A stretch of DNA of 52,498 bases from Candidatus Iainarchaeum sp. (GTDB lineage: Archaea > Iainarchaeota > Iainarchaeia > Iainarchaeales > Iainarchaeaceae): contig NZBD01000015.1 of the NCBI GenBank assembly GCA_002687735.1, forward strand, positions 1 to 52,498, written 5' to 3'. The translations under genes and the position numbers were made by a program. A model generated the notes under the pieces. That model did not search any database, had not been told where the DNA came from, and saw only the letters and a program-made list of their open reading frames with translations. Shown in pieces: positions 11,201 through 19,700 of this stretch (the first letter of the stretch is position 1; each line of letters begins with the position of its first letter).

Positions 11201-11279
11201 TTTCGTTTGCCCCAAAAACATTTGGAATAAAAAGAATAAATCCTAAAATAATTGCTAATACTAACCATTTTGAGTGCAT
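8220..11279 (-). CDS. Cys-rich repeat / Ig-like surface protein with C-terminal TM anchor (paralog of 5761..8223)
   Basis: Signal peptide, about six CSSNSxCDDxxxxTxDxC repeats, PDPVD repeat, NDGKHD motif, TM, tail IQTQYFIEGTMDKKVY. Confidence 0.8.
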   Translation of the reverse strand: MHSKWLVLAIILGFILFIPNVFGANEIIYLRGSSSQVTIDSNTFNAMSVVSPTSNSVKETINITTEAGIHELRTWYTADPIGFYTEQSFVLSGPAFLYFSNIGITNDTGTYRWTIYDVNMDDYSETEIIQSDWYVLPTLESSHETFANIPSYTIPVGNYAKLVVDYNANGGGTLQAIMDEGSDSQTVVYSSSNGIQYTINQALSTALLLLNTTGSCSVVCDSNNSCDDSESSTIDTCSNAGGCNSACQNIDSGVEITCSSNSDCDDTNSLTTDSCLNPGTESSSCSNTPCTIACNDASVCDDTNSSTTDSCLNPGTCSAACSYVDVNVDPDPVDPDPVDPDPVDTDEEIICSSNSVCNDNSNITTDTCVNPGTISSYCENSQCNIACSSNDACDDGDTLTTDFCANAGLCDAGCVYNSCNPVCSSDSDCDDGNSETTDVCAGAGRCSSICKNLPDVGNGVCDVGETECSAPADCGVCGESISDIYELACIGNSCKTTIKLGVCGNDRCESGENYFTCSADCVPQNIEIDASFADTFYVRGETVQLKVTLLVDGEKVSDAGVKAIGFFGTVPLLNDGKHDEGTRNDNIYANFITIDTAIEENLYPVTFIVELGGVKSEKTAFINIVPKLSFSVDFDKEFFVLGDNINIGGKLTLKDKHMNLPLDLNLSFNREILLNQDLNSANGNFSSNYRTTLINESGDYIVTIKATDENGNVGVFEKTITVLSPEATNFLIVEIVDTNNTIFEKGFEAEVSVTVKNIEGNIVSDAIVEGQTNGLKFSFEENDSSEYVGSFRIPYQTQSGDLDIKVVAQKQNKQGSVETSITVNDAKINLEILEPKRDNFLAGEEIKVKIYAVYEDDTPLVLESISSIVGNEIIELKSIGNGVYEGIYLVKTTDEGTVSVTIGLDDGFDNTVSEEISVDVSGISYLYYLRIYGTSIGLLLFAAIITVVFGYGLLKKRLGINALRNKEKQVLETVKGIQTQYFIEGTMDKKVYDVQMEKHETKLQDIRETIKQMASKVKK
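10248..10299. repeat. 15-bp tandem repeat (about 3.5 copies) encoding a VDPDP linker
   Basis: atcaacaggatcagg x3 plus atcaaca. Confidence 0.95.
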
Positions 11280-11352
11280 AAAAAAACCTGCTTTTTTTGG
11301 AAAATTCGCCTCTAATATATTAATTTTATACTTTAAATTAATTGAGGTATGC

Positions 11353-12705
11353 TTATTCTTGGATTAGTTTCTCTACTTCCGGTTTTATTTGATTAATTAA
11401 CCGATCTAGTTCTTCCCTTGTTTTTGCTTCAAACCTAAGAATTATTTTGGATTGTGTATTGCTTTGCCTTACTAAAGCCCACCCCGTGTCAAAAACTATT
11501 CTGATTCCGTCAATTGTAACTGATTTGGGGTTACTTCCTGAGTATTTCTTAATCATAGTTTCAACTACTTCCTCTTTTTTTCCCTCGGGGCAATCAACCC
11601 GTAATTCAGGAGAAGAAACATATTGCGGCATTTGACCTACAATTTCGCTGAGGTTTTTATCAGAATGAGAAACAATTTCTAGAATTTTTGCAGCCGCTAG
11701 TAATGCATCGTCAAAACCATACCAGCTTTCTGTAAAAAACATATGCCCTGACATTTCTCCTGCAAGAACAGCATTTTCTTCTTTCATTTTTGCCTTGATT
11801 AAAGAATGACCGGTTTTCCACATTATCGGAATGCCTCCTTTTTCTTTAATCCATTCTTCCAAAGATTGCGAACATTTAACCTCAAAAATTATTTTTGAGT
11901 TTGGTTTTCTTTTCAGTAAATCCTCTGAAAAAATTCCAAGAAGTTTGTCCCCGTAAATAAGAGTTCCTTTTTCATCTAAAACACCAACCCTATCAACATC
12001 GCCATCAAAAGCAATTCCTAAATCGGCTTTTTCTTCCAAAACTTTTTTCTTTAAATCCTGAACGTTTTCTTCTTGAACAGGATCAGGCTGGTGATTTGGA
12101 AAACTTGAATCTTTTTCACAAAATAAACAAATAGGATCAATGCCAAGCTGCTTCAAAAGCTTTGGAGCTAATTCAGAGGCCATTCCGTTTCCCGCATCAA
12201 TAACTACTTTTAGTTTTTTTCCAATCTTCACATTGGAAACAATTTCTTCCAAATAAGTGTCATCCAAAAATTTTTCTTTGATAGTTCCTTCTCCCTGAAC
12301 AAATTTTCCTGATTCAGCAACTTTTCTTAATTCCTGAATTTTTGCTCCATAAATTGCTTCTTTTCCAACCATTACTTTGAAACCATTAAATTCCGGGGGG
12401 TTATGAGAAGCAGTAACACTAATGCCTCCATCCGAATCTAATTTGTGAACAGCATAATACATTAGCGGTGTTGGAATCTCTCCGATAAAAACAATATTAA
12501 TTCCTGTACTCAAAATTCCTTTCTTCAAAGCTTCTAATATTCTGGGGCCGCTTTCTCTGTTATCCTTTCCAACAACAACAGTTTTCCCACCATTGTTATG
12601 TATAAGTGTTCCGTATGCTTTTCCGATAAGTTCAGCATCAGAATCCGGAAGATCGGTATCGGCTATTCCTCTGATATCATATTCTCTAAAAATTTCTGGT
12701 TTCAT
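11353..12705 (-). CDS. Phosphomannomutase/phosphoglucomutase
   Basis: IFREYDIRG, TASHNP, FDGDVDR, GEMSGH motifs. Confidence 0.95.
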   Translation of the reverse strand: MKPEIFREYDIRGIADTDLPDSDAELIGKAYGTLIHNNGGKTVVVGKDNRESGPRILEALKKGILSTGINIVFIGEIPTPLMYYAVHKLDSDGGISVTASHNPPEFNGFKVMVGKEAIYGAKIQELRKVAESGKFVQGEGTIKEKFLDDTYLEEIVSNVKIGKKLKVVIDAGNGMASELAPKLLKQLGIDPICLFCEKDSSFPNHQPDPVQEENVQDLKKKVLEEKADLGIAFDGDVDRVGVLDEKGTLIYGDKLLGIFSEDLLKRKPNSKIIFEVKCSQSLEEWIKEKGGIPIMWKTGHSLIKAKMKEENAVLAGEMSGHMFFTESWYGFDDALLAAAKILEIVSHSDKNLSEIVGQMPQYVSSPELRVDCPEGKKEEVVETMIKKYSGSNPKSVTIDGIRIVFDTGWALVRQSNTQSKIILRFEAKTREELDRLINQIKPEVEKLIQE

Positions 12706-12757
12706 GCATGAAAAAAGCTTGAAAAAGTTTTTATTTGGATAATACTTATTTTGTTTA

Positions 12758-13117
12758 ATGAGTAAAAGAAACCCTCGAGCTATACGAGATACTCTTCTGT
12801 ATTGGCAATCTAAAAGAGGCAGTGGAAAGTCAGGGGATTCTCTTCCTTTAATTCAAGCAGTTCAAAGATATGATAAAATTCAAGGCCCACTAACTAGAAT
12901 AGAAAGACATGTTCTGACTGGTTTAATTTTTCAAATTGCATATCGGGCTAATGAAAGAGAAATACAATCTTTGATAAGAAATAAAAAATTACTTTTTGGA
13001 GATAGGTATGATGAAAGGGAATACTCTGAAGGTCAAACAAAAAAACATTTCGAATCTCTTAGATCGAAATTAAAGCACAAAGATGAATTAAAATTCCCGA
13101 AAAAGAAGAAATTATAA
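12758..13117 (+). CDS. Hypothetical basic protein
   Basis: 119-aa ORF filling an intergenic gap; no motif recognised. Confidence 0.6.
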   Translation: MSKRNPRAIRDTLLYWQSKRGSGKSGDSLPLIQAVQRYDKIQGPLTRIERHVLTGLIFQIAYRANEREIQSLIRNKKLLFGDRYDEREYSEGQTKKHFESLRSKLKHKDELKFPKKKKL

Positions 13118-13124
13118 ACATTCA

Positions 13125-13248
13125 GAATAAGGCGAAGTTTCCGGGAAGAATAGCAAGCTACTCTTCCTTTCCGCTCCAATGGTGTTGTAGAAGGTTAATT
13201 CCGAAGAACCACTTCTCCTGCAGCACCGATAAAGATAACACCTAACCC
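13125..13248 (-). ncRNA. Unassigned structured RNA candidate
   Basis: GC-richer island with C(UUCG)G and G(CUUG)C hairpins on the minus strand; TATA-like TTTAAAAT at 13279-13272. Confidence 0.5.
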
Positions 13249-13368
13249 ATAAATAATTTTTTGTTGTTTTAATTTTAAACCCTGAAATCACTAAAACAAT
13301 GAAATCCGAACCCTGCTTTTTTCACAAAATAATATCCCCTTTTAATGCTTTTAACAGCTAATTTTCTT

Positions 13369-13941
13369 ATGCTTATAGGAATTACAGGAAATTTTGTTAC
13401 AGGGAAAAGTGCATTCATGAATATTATGGATAGCCTAGGTTTTGATACATATGAGGCGGATAAAATTGTACAAGACCTTTACAAAAATGAAGAGATAATT
13501 GAAAAAATCGGAAAAGAATTCGGTTCGACAGTAACACTTGGGGAAATTATTGACCGTGACTTGTTGAGAGTCATAGTTTTTAATGATAAAAAGAAACTTA
13601 AGAAACTTAACTCGATAATGCACCCTATTGTGCTTGAAAAAATAAAAGAAATTGAACATGAAAACAAAATTGTTTTTGTTGAGGTTCCTTTACTTTTTGA
13701 AGCAGGAATGGAAAAAAGCTTTGACAAAATAATTTTGATAAAATCTTCTTACGAAACTGCAAAGCAAAGATCAAAGAGAAGAGGTTTCACAGATATTGAG
13801 TTTGAGCAGATAAGGGAAAGCCAAGAACCTGATCAGAAAAAGGAAAAAAAGGCAGACTGGGTTATAGATACGGAAGGAGACATTTCAGAATTGAGAAAAA
13901 AAACAAAGGAAATTGCAAAGGAACTGGAGGCATTGAAATGA
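13369..13941 (+). CDS. coaE: Dephospho-CoA kinase (bacterial type)
   Basis: IGITGNFVTGKS, LNSIMHP, EVPLLFE motifs. Confidence 0.92.
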   Translation: MLIGITGNFVTGKSAFMNIMDSLGFDTYEADKIVQDLYKNEEIIEKIGKEFGSTVTLGEIIDRDLLRVIVFNDKKKLKKLNSIMHPIVLEKIKEIEHENKIVFVEVPLLFEAGMEKSFDKIILIKSSYETAKQRSKRRGFTDIEFEQIRESQEPDQKKEKKADWVIDTEGDISELRKKTKEIAKELEALK

Positions 13942-14414
13942 AAGCAATATACCCCGGTACATTTGATCCGCTTACAAACGGGCATTTGGATGTAATTAAG
14001 CGCGGCCTCAAAATGTTCAATTCTTTAATAATCGGAGTAGCGGTTAATCCTGCAAAAAAACCTTTATTTTCAACAGAGGAAAGAATTGAAATGATAAAAG
14101 AAAGCGTTAAAGATTTAGAAAATGTAGAAGTAAAAGCTTTTGATTCATTACTTGTTGATTTTATTAAAAAGGAAAATGGGTCTGTTATTCTTCGCGGTTT
14201 AAGGGAAACAAGTGATTTTCCTGCTGAGTTCCAGCACGCTATTGTTAACAGGAAACTTGATCCTGAAATTGAAACTGTTTTTGTTATGACAAATGCTGAA
14301 TATTTTTACATTACTTCTGGTATTGTAAAAGAAGTTGCCATGTATAATGGAAAACTCGACACGTTTGTTCCAAAACAGGTTGAATCAAAATTAAAGGCAA
14401 AATATGCCAAATAG
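13938..14414 (+). CDS. coaD: Phosphopantetheine adenylyltransferase (bacterial type)
   Basis: AIYPGTFDPLTNGHLD, LRGLR, IETVF motifs. Confidence 0.95.
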   Translation: MKAIYPGTFDPLTNGHLDVIKRGLKMFNSLIIGVAVNPAKKPLFSTEERIEMIKESVKDLENVEVKAFDSLLVDFIKKENGSVILRGLRETSDFPAEFQHAIVNRKLDPEIETVFVMTNAEYFYITSGIVKEVAMYNGKLDTFVPKQVESKLKAKYAK

Positions 14415-14512
14415 GGGTGTTTTAAGACCTTATCTTTAAATATAAGCACTTTCTATATTAATACAACTTTTTAGGGCATATGCCAAAAATAAAAAGGAGG
14501 AGTGAGAAAAAC

Positions 14513-14977
14513 ATGTTTTTCAAAGAACAAAAAGGACAGTCCGCTTTGGAATACTTGATGACTTACGGCTGGGCATTAATTGTTATATTAATAGTTATTG
14601 TTGCAGTAATAGTGTTTTGGATTCAACCTTCACAGGTTGGCGGAAACACTTGTTCAACCACATCAGGAATCCTGGTAACAAACCATCAACTTTCGGCAAC
14701 AAGCGACGATTTGAGTTTGATTCTTTCAAACCAGACCGCTGCGTCATTGACAAATGTTGATATCAATGTAACAGGAACAATAGGCGGAGTATCAATAACA
14801 GACTCAAATACTCTAGCAACACTTGGAACAATACAACAAACAGCAGTTGTTGATATAACAGATAATAAAGATGTTGCTACCGGTGAAACCTACTCGTTGC
14901 AGGTTACATTCAACTACAGAGACGCATTGGCAAGAACTGTTACATCAACATGTAACACAACGGGAACAGTAGCATAA
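14513..14977 (+). CDS. Archaeal type IV pilin (class III signal peptide)
   Basis: KGQSALEYLMTYGWALIVI; strong GGAGG ribosome-binding site upstream of ATG 14513. Confidence 0.9.
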   Translation: MFFKEQKGQSALEYLMTYGWALIVILIVIVAVIVFWIQPSQVGGNTCSTTSGILVTNHQLSATSDDLSLILSNQTAASLTNVDINVTGTIGGVSITDSNTLATLGTIQQTAVVDITDNKDVATGETYSLQVTFNYRDALARTVTSTCNTTGTVA

Positions 14978-14992
14978 AATTAATTGTTTGAA

Positions 14993-15030
14993 GATTGGGA
15001 CTTTGGTTCCAATCCAATTCTCTTTTTTTT
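14993..15030 (+). terminator. Hairpin plus T-tract after the pilin gene
   Basis: gattggga...ttccaatc stem followed by a T8 run. Confidence 0.55.
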
Positions 15031-15066
15031 AGAAACTTTAAATACTACTTTGACTATTTATAAAAT

Positions 15067-15510
15067 ATGAATAAGTGGCTGAAAATACTTCTTATAGTTG
15101 CTGCAATTATTGTAGTGCTTTTTATTTTACTTCCAATAATCATTGTTATGATTGCTTCATTAGTATTCTTGATTAATCCTTCAGAAATAGGGGCAACTGG
15201 TTGCACAGGATTTCAGCAATTACCAATTGGAAATTTTCAAATTTCCAATGATAGTTTAACAATAAAAATTACTAACCAAACAGGAAGAAACATGAGTACT
15301 GTTGATATTCAAGGAAGCTTTGACGGAGAAGAATATATAAGTTCTAAAGAATATTCTGGAACAGAAACAATAAATGCCAATTCTGAAGCATACGCAAGTT
15401 GGAGCGGTCAACAATTAGAGCCTGGAAATCATACAATAGATTTAATTATTTCCTACAATAATGGAGATTTTATAAAAACAGCAACTGGATCATGCAGAGG
15501 ACAAACTTAA
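15067..15510 (+). CDS. Pilin-like protein lacking the class III processing site
   Basis: Globular part parallels the upstream pilin (INPSEIG..C, ITNQTGR, terminal C.G); N-terminus is a plain TM helix. Confidence 0.7.
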   Translation: MNKWLKILLIVAAIIVVLFILLPIIIVMIASLVFLINPSEIGATGCTGFQQLPIGNFQISNDSLTIKITNQTGRNMSTVDIQGSFDGEEYISSKEYSGTETINANSEAYASWSGQQLEPGNHTIDLIISYNNGDFIKTATGSCRGQT

Positions 15511-15517
15511 ACTAATT

Positions 15518-16516
15518 TTAAATCAGGTTTCCGAAGAAGCTTGTTAATAGGAAACGTGCTGAAAAGAAAACAATCAGTGCAACAATGGTCAGCGGAATAA
15601 TGTACTTCACACCATTAATTTCTTTTCCTGCATTTATAACCCCTATTGTGAGAGAAGAAAATAATGTTGTAAACACCAGCATCACAATAGAAAACATTAC
15701 AATAAAATCAGGATCTAATGTGGCTCCGTCTCCAGAAGCAAAACCTGATATAGGCCCTAAAGAGCCTGACTGAATACTAGCAGGATCAATACTCGGAACT
15801 GCTGAAATCTGGCTGGATAAAACCTGCACAATGAATGAACTTACTCCAAACAACATAGGCGCACCCATAACTGCTGAAAAAAGGATTAAGAGAACATAAA
15901 TTGAAATATTGGATTTTATCTCATCTTCCAATGCAATCTGTTCTTTCAGATCATCACTTAACTGGAATAGTAAATCTGCAATCTGACCTCCGCTTCTTAT
16001 TCCCTGAGATATTAACCAAAGAGTTTTGTCAAGTATTTTTGAACTTATACCAATACTGATCATTCTCAAAGCATTCTCGGTTCTTTCTCCGGAAGCAATT
16101 CTTTTTGAAGCATTTTTCAGCTCTAATTGTAAAGGCCCAAACTCCGGTCTGCCGGCAACAAATAATGCTCTTTCTGTTGTTAAACCGCTTTTCATGTTTG
16201 ATGCAACAAGTCTCAATGCATCAGGGAGAATACTCTCAACAAATTTCCCTTTTGACTCTGAACCCATTTTCATTAAGAGATATGCAATTCCTACAAATCC
16301 AAAAAATGATACTGAAAAAGCAATTATTGGATTGAATTCAAAAAATACAAAAACGTTAGCTGCTACACCAACTCCAAGAAAAAAACCGTACAGAAACAGG
16401 AAACCAACAAACTTGTTAGCATTCATTTCAATGCCATTATAGATTAGCTGCCTCTGGAATTCCTGTCTTATTGAATTAGGGATAAATGCTGAAACTCTAG
16501 TATACACTTTAATCAC
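15518..16516 (-). CDS. Pilus assembly platform protein (TadB/TadC, T2SSF family)
   Basis: LPDALRLVASNMKSGLTTERAL, RPEFGPL, multiple TMs. Confidence 0.9.
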   Translation of the reverse strand: MIKVYTRVSAFIPNSIRQEFQRQLIYNGIEMNANKFVGFLFLYGFFLGVGVAANVFVFFEFNPIIAFSVSFFGFVGIAYLLMKMGSESKGKFVESILPDALRLVASNMKSGLTTERALFVAGRPEFGPLQLELKNASKRIASGERTENALRMISIGISSKILDKTLWLISQGIRSGGQIADLLFQLSDDLKEQIALEDEIKSNISIYVLLILFSAVMGAPMLFGVSSFIVQVLSSQISAVPSIDPASIQSGSLGPISGFASGDGATLDPDFIVMFSIVMLVFTTLFSSLTIGVINAGKEINGVKYIIPLTIVALIVFFSARFLLTSFFGNLI

Positions 16517-17303
16517 CCAACAACGTTGGTCTTGATGATTTTATTATCCCCAGGAACATGAACTGACCAATAGCAATAAACACAAGCATACCCCAAAAAA
16601 CCTCTTCACCAATCTCAATCTGCGGGAATACCGATAGAATTATCAAAAAAGTAAGGCCAAGCGAAGGAATTATTGCTCCAAGCATCATGTAAAGAAGAGA
16701 AAGTAATTTTAGGGAATTACCATATTTTCTAACTTGATTGCTTTTTTCTTTTGAAAGATCATCGACCAGAGACTGCATTATTTGGCTCACATCTGAACCT
16801 GCTTTCAGACCATTAACTAACTGCCAGATTGTTCTTCTGAAATAAATTGACGGATTATTTTCACCCATTTCTTCAAGAGCAATTTCCTGAAACTTCCCTG
16901 TTTCAATTTTTTCAACTGCTTTTTTGAATTCTACACTTACTTGCCCATTGTCTCCTTCAGCAACAATATTAATCGCGTCAAAAAGAGTTACTCCTGATTT
17001 TATTTCCACAAGAATAGTTCTTAATGCAAAAACAAGATTTCTTTCAATACTTCTTACTTTTTTTTTCAGAATAATTTTCGGGTAAAAGAGTAACTGCACA
17101 GCAACCAATGAACCAAACAAAAAACCAAGCAATGGAGGCATAGTAAGCATCTGTTCAGGGGCAAGCCTTGAAACAAAAACTGCCGCAATAAGGGTTCCAA
17201 AAGCAAAATATAACACAAACATCAGAGCAATTATTGCTCCGTAAGTTTCTCTGCTAAAATCCATTTCAGCCTGTTGTAATTCAGTTTTTAGAAAAGGAAA
17301 CAT
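16509..17303 (-). CDS. Pilus assembly platform protein (TadB/TadC, T2SSF family), 5' end apparently truncated
   Basis: IERNLVFALR, WQLVNGLKAGSDV; frame open about 40 codons upstream with no ATG/GTG/TTG. Confidence 0.85.
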   Translation of the reverse strand: MFPFLKTELQQAEMDFSRETYGAIIALMFVLYFAFGTLIAAVFVSRLAPEQMLTMPPLLGFLFGSLVAVQLLFYPKIILKKKVRSIERNLVFALRTILVEIKSGVTLFDAINIVAEGDNGQVSVEFKKAVEKIETGKFQEIALEEMGENNPSIYFRRTIWQLVNGLKAGSDVSQIMQSLVDDLSKEKSNQVRKYGNSLKLLSLLYMMLGAIIPSLGLTFLIILSVFPQIEIGEEVFWGMLVFIAIGQFMFLGIIKSSRPTLLGD

Positions 17304-17353
17304 CTGACTTATTGTGCTTCCAATTCCTCTGAAATTGTTAGCTAATCCTAGAA

Positions 17354-17752
17354 TTATTTTTGAAGGAAGCTGGCTGAAAGTTTTATTCTTCCTGATTGTA
17401 TAGGGAGCGTTGTGGGGGTAAGGTTAACTTTTGTATAATCAAACACCTGAGTATTGTCAGTGAAAGCAATAGTTGCACTTTTCCCGGTTAGTGAAAAAGA
17501 CTGTACTTCACTAGGAATATCAACCTCAAAAACAATAGTGCTTCCTTCACCAAAAGAAGCAACCAGATCGGCAGTGTTTGTAATTTCAGAAACTGATTTA
17601 GAAGCTTTTACAATTTGGGCGTTCTGGTTAAAAGAAAAAAAAGCAAACCCGACGAGAATTCCCACGATCAGCAACACAAAACCGGTTATAACCAAATATT
17701 CTAAAGCAACCTGCCCCCTTTGAATTGATTTTGTTTGTTTATTTTTCTGCAT
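17354..17752 (-). CDS. Minor pilin with class III signal peptide
   Basis: RGQVALEYLVITGFVLLIV; probable start MQKNKQ at 17752. Confidence 0.85.
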   Translation of the reverse strand: MQKNKQTKSIQRGQVALEYLVITGFVLLIVGILVGFAFFSFNQNAQIVKASKSVSEITNTADLVASFGEGSTIVFEVDIPSEVQSFSLTGKSATIAFTDNTQVFDYTKVNLTPTTLPIQSGRIKLSASFLQK

Positions 17753-17893
17753 GAATAAAACCAATAATAACAACACGTGTTCGATATAAAAATTTAGCGA
17801 AAACATAGCTAAAATCAGGAAAAACCGTCTTTTTAGCGTTTTTTTAGGTTTTAGAAAGATTTTTAGAGGTTTTCAAGCAAATTATGTATAGTT

Positions 17894-18697
17894 ATGGCTT
17901 TTAGTTCCGCAACAGAAACAGGGTTAAAGAAAACTTCCGAAGAAAAACTGATTTTGAGAAATATTAGTGCGCTGGAAAAAAGCATTGCTGAAGAAACCAA
18001 TGAAGAAAGAAAAAAAGAACTGGAAACACAATTAAGCTCTCTGAAAGCTCATTTACAGGGGCCATCAGAACAAACTGTTCTTGAGGTTAACATCAATAAT
18101 TCAAACACTGAAGCCAGATTAAACAAAATATACAAAATACTTTTAGAAAAACATGCGAAACTAATAAGTGAACAGGAAACCAAAACAGTCGGGGAAATAA
18201 AAGCACTTATCAATAAAGACGACTTAAGCACACAGGCGGTTGTGAAAAGTTTTATTAGTGAAAAGTATAATTTCAAAAACCACTTTTTTCAGGCAGCAGA
18301 AAAGGCATACAATTACATTGTTGATGAAATTGATTTTGTTGATGCAGAACTGAATATTTCATTCTGGTTAACTCCTAAAGAAATTATTTCAGAAAAAATC
18401 GGCGATGATGAAGATCAGGCAGTTTTGTTGTGTTCATTCCTTTATGCATTAGGAGACGAAAACGCGGAAGTTGTTATAGCCGAACTAGAAAATGGTAATG
18501 CACATGCATTTGTAATAACTGAGTTTAATAACAAATTTTTATTACTGGATCCGACACAGGGGAAAGAATTCAGAGACTTCTTTGGAGAAAAAAATGAAGT
18601 GTTAGAAAACTATGCCTATAATGAAAGCCACATAAAAAGATTCATGTATAGGTTTAATCACTCAAATTACGAACAGTTTATTACTGATGAAGAATAA
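17894..18697 (+). CDS. Transglutaminase-like fold protein, catalytic Cys absent
   Basis: WLTPKE..GDDEDQAVLLCS, AHAFV, LLDPT. Confidence 0.75.
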   Translation: MAFSSATETGLKKTSEEKLILRNISALEKSIAEETNEERKKELETQLSSLKAHLQGPSEQTVLEVNINNSNTEARLNKIYKILLEKHAKLISEQETKTVGEIKALINKDDLSTQAVVKSFISEKYNFKNHFFQAAEKAYNYIVDEIDFVDAELNISFWLTPKEIISEKIGDDEDQAVLLCSFLYALGDENAEVVIAELENGNAHAFVITEFNNKFLLLDPTQGKEFRDFFGEKNEVLENYAYNESHIKRFMYRFNHSNYEQFITDEE

Positions 18698-19669
18698 TCA
18701 GATTTTCTGTCTTTTTAATTTTGGTCTGCCGTACTTTTTCAGAAAAATTTTTATTCCTTGCTCCGTTGGAAGAACATTTTTCGTGCCCAAATGACTAATC
18801 ACAGAATTTGAATTAACAGTACCGTAAACAAGAGCATCATCAATACCTTTGCCTTTAATTATTGCAGTAGTAAAACCAGAACCAAAAGCATCTCCTGCAC
18901 CTGTAACATCTAATGGTTTGATTTTGAAAGCTTTAATAGAATAAATATACGTGTCATTAGCAGCATGCGCTCCGTGTTTTCCTTCAGTAATAACCGCGGT
19001 TTCAGCAAGTTCCAGAAGTTTTTCCAGATTTCTGTGAATATCGGCAGAACCAGTGAGTTTGAGTGCTTCCTCTTTATTTACAATTAAAATATCCACTGAA
19101 CCAACTATTTTTTTTAATTTTTTAAAACCAAGAGAAAGTTCTTTTTGACCAGGATTCCAAGCAATTCTGGCCCCTGTTTTTTTTGCACGAAGAATAATAT
19201 TTTTTAACAGCTCTGGTTTTGAATGTAGAGAAGTGATGTAAAACCATTTTGCTTTAAGCTTTGTAAAATCCAACTTAGTTTCTCCTAGGGAAGCTGTAGC
19301 TTTGCTGTAACATAAAACAACTCTGTCCTTTCCGAAACCGGTAAGAATAACGGAGTAACTGGTGTTCTTTCCCTGTAGCGTATGAACAAGACTGGTGTTG
19401 ACTTTTTCCTTTCGCAGAACATTCAAAACTTTTATACCGCTGGCATCATCACCAACACTGCAAAGTGCTCCCGCCTTTAAACCAAGCCTTGAAAAAGAAA
19501 CCGAAGTATTGGTAGCTCCTCCCCCCGTAAAATAATCCATTTCCTCAATATCCACCTTGGTACCAGGATGAAAAACACACATATCTTTACTGGAAAAAGT
19601 TTTTGGAATATGAACAAAAACATCCGCGGTTGCTGAACCAATAGAGATGACATCAAACATGAAAATCAA
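18698..19669 (-). CDS. PfkB-family carbohydrate kinase
   Basis: GGGATN, NKEEA, DVTGAGDAF. Confidence 0.93.
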   Translation of the reverse strand: MIFMFDVISIGSATADVFVHIPKTFSSKDMCVFHPGTKVDIEEMDYFTGGGATNTSVSFSRLGLKAGALCSVGDDASGIKVLNVLRKEKVNTSLVHTLQGKNTSYSVILTGFGKDRVVLCYSKATASLGETKLDFTKLKAKWFYITSLHSKPELLKNIILRAKKTGARIAWNPGQKELSLGFKKLKKIVGSVDILIVNKEEALKLTGSADIHRNLEKLLELAETAVITEGKHGAHAANDTYIYSIKAFKIKPLDVTGAGDAFGSGFTTAIIKGKGIDDALVYGTVNSNSVISHLGTKNVLPTEQGIKIFLKKYGRPKLKRQKI

Positions 19670-19700
19670 TTAGGGTTTTGGATTTTATTAATTTGTTGTT

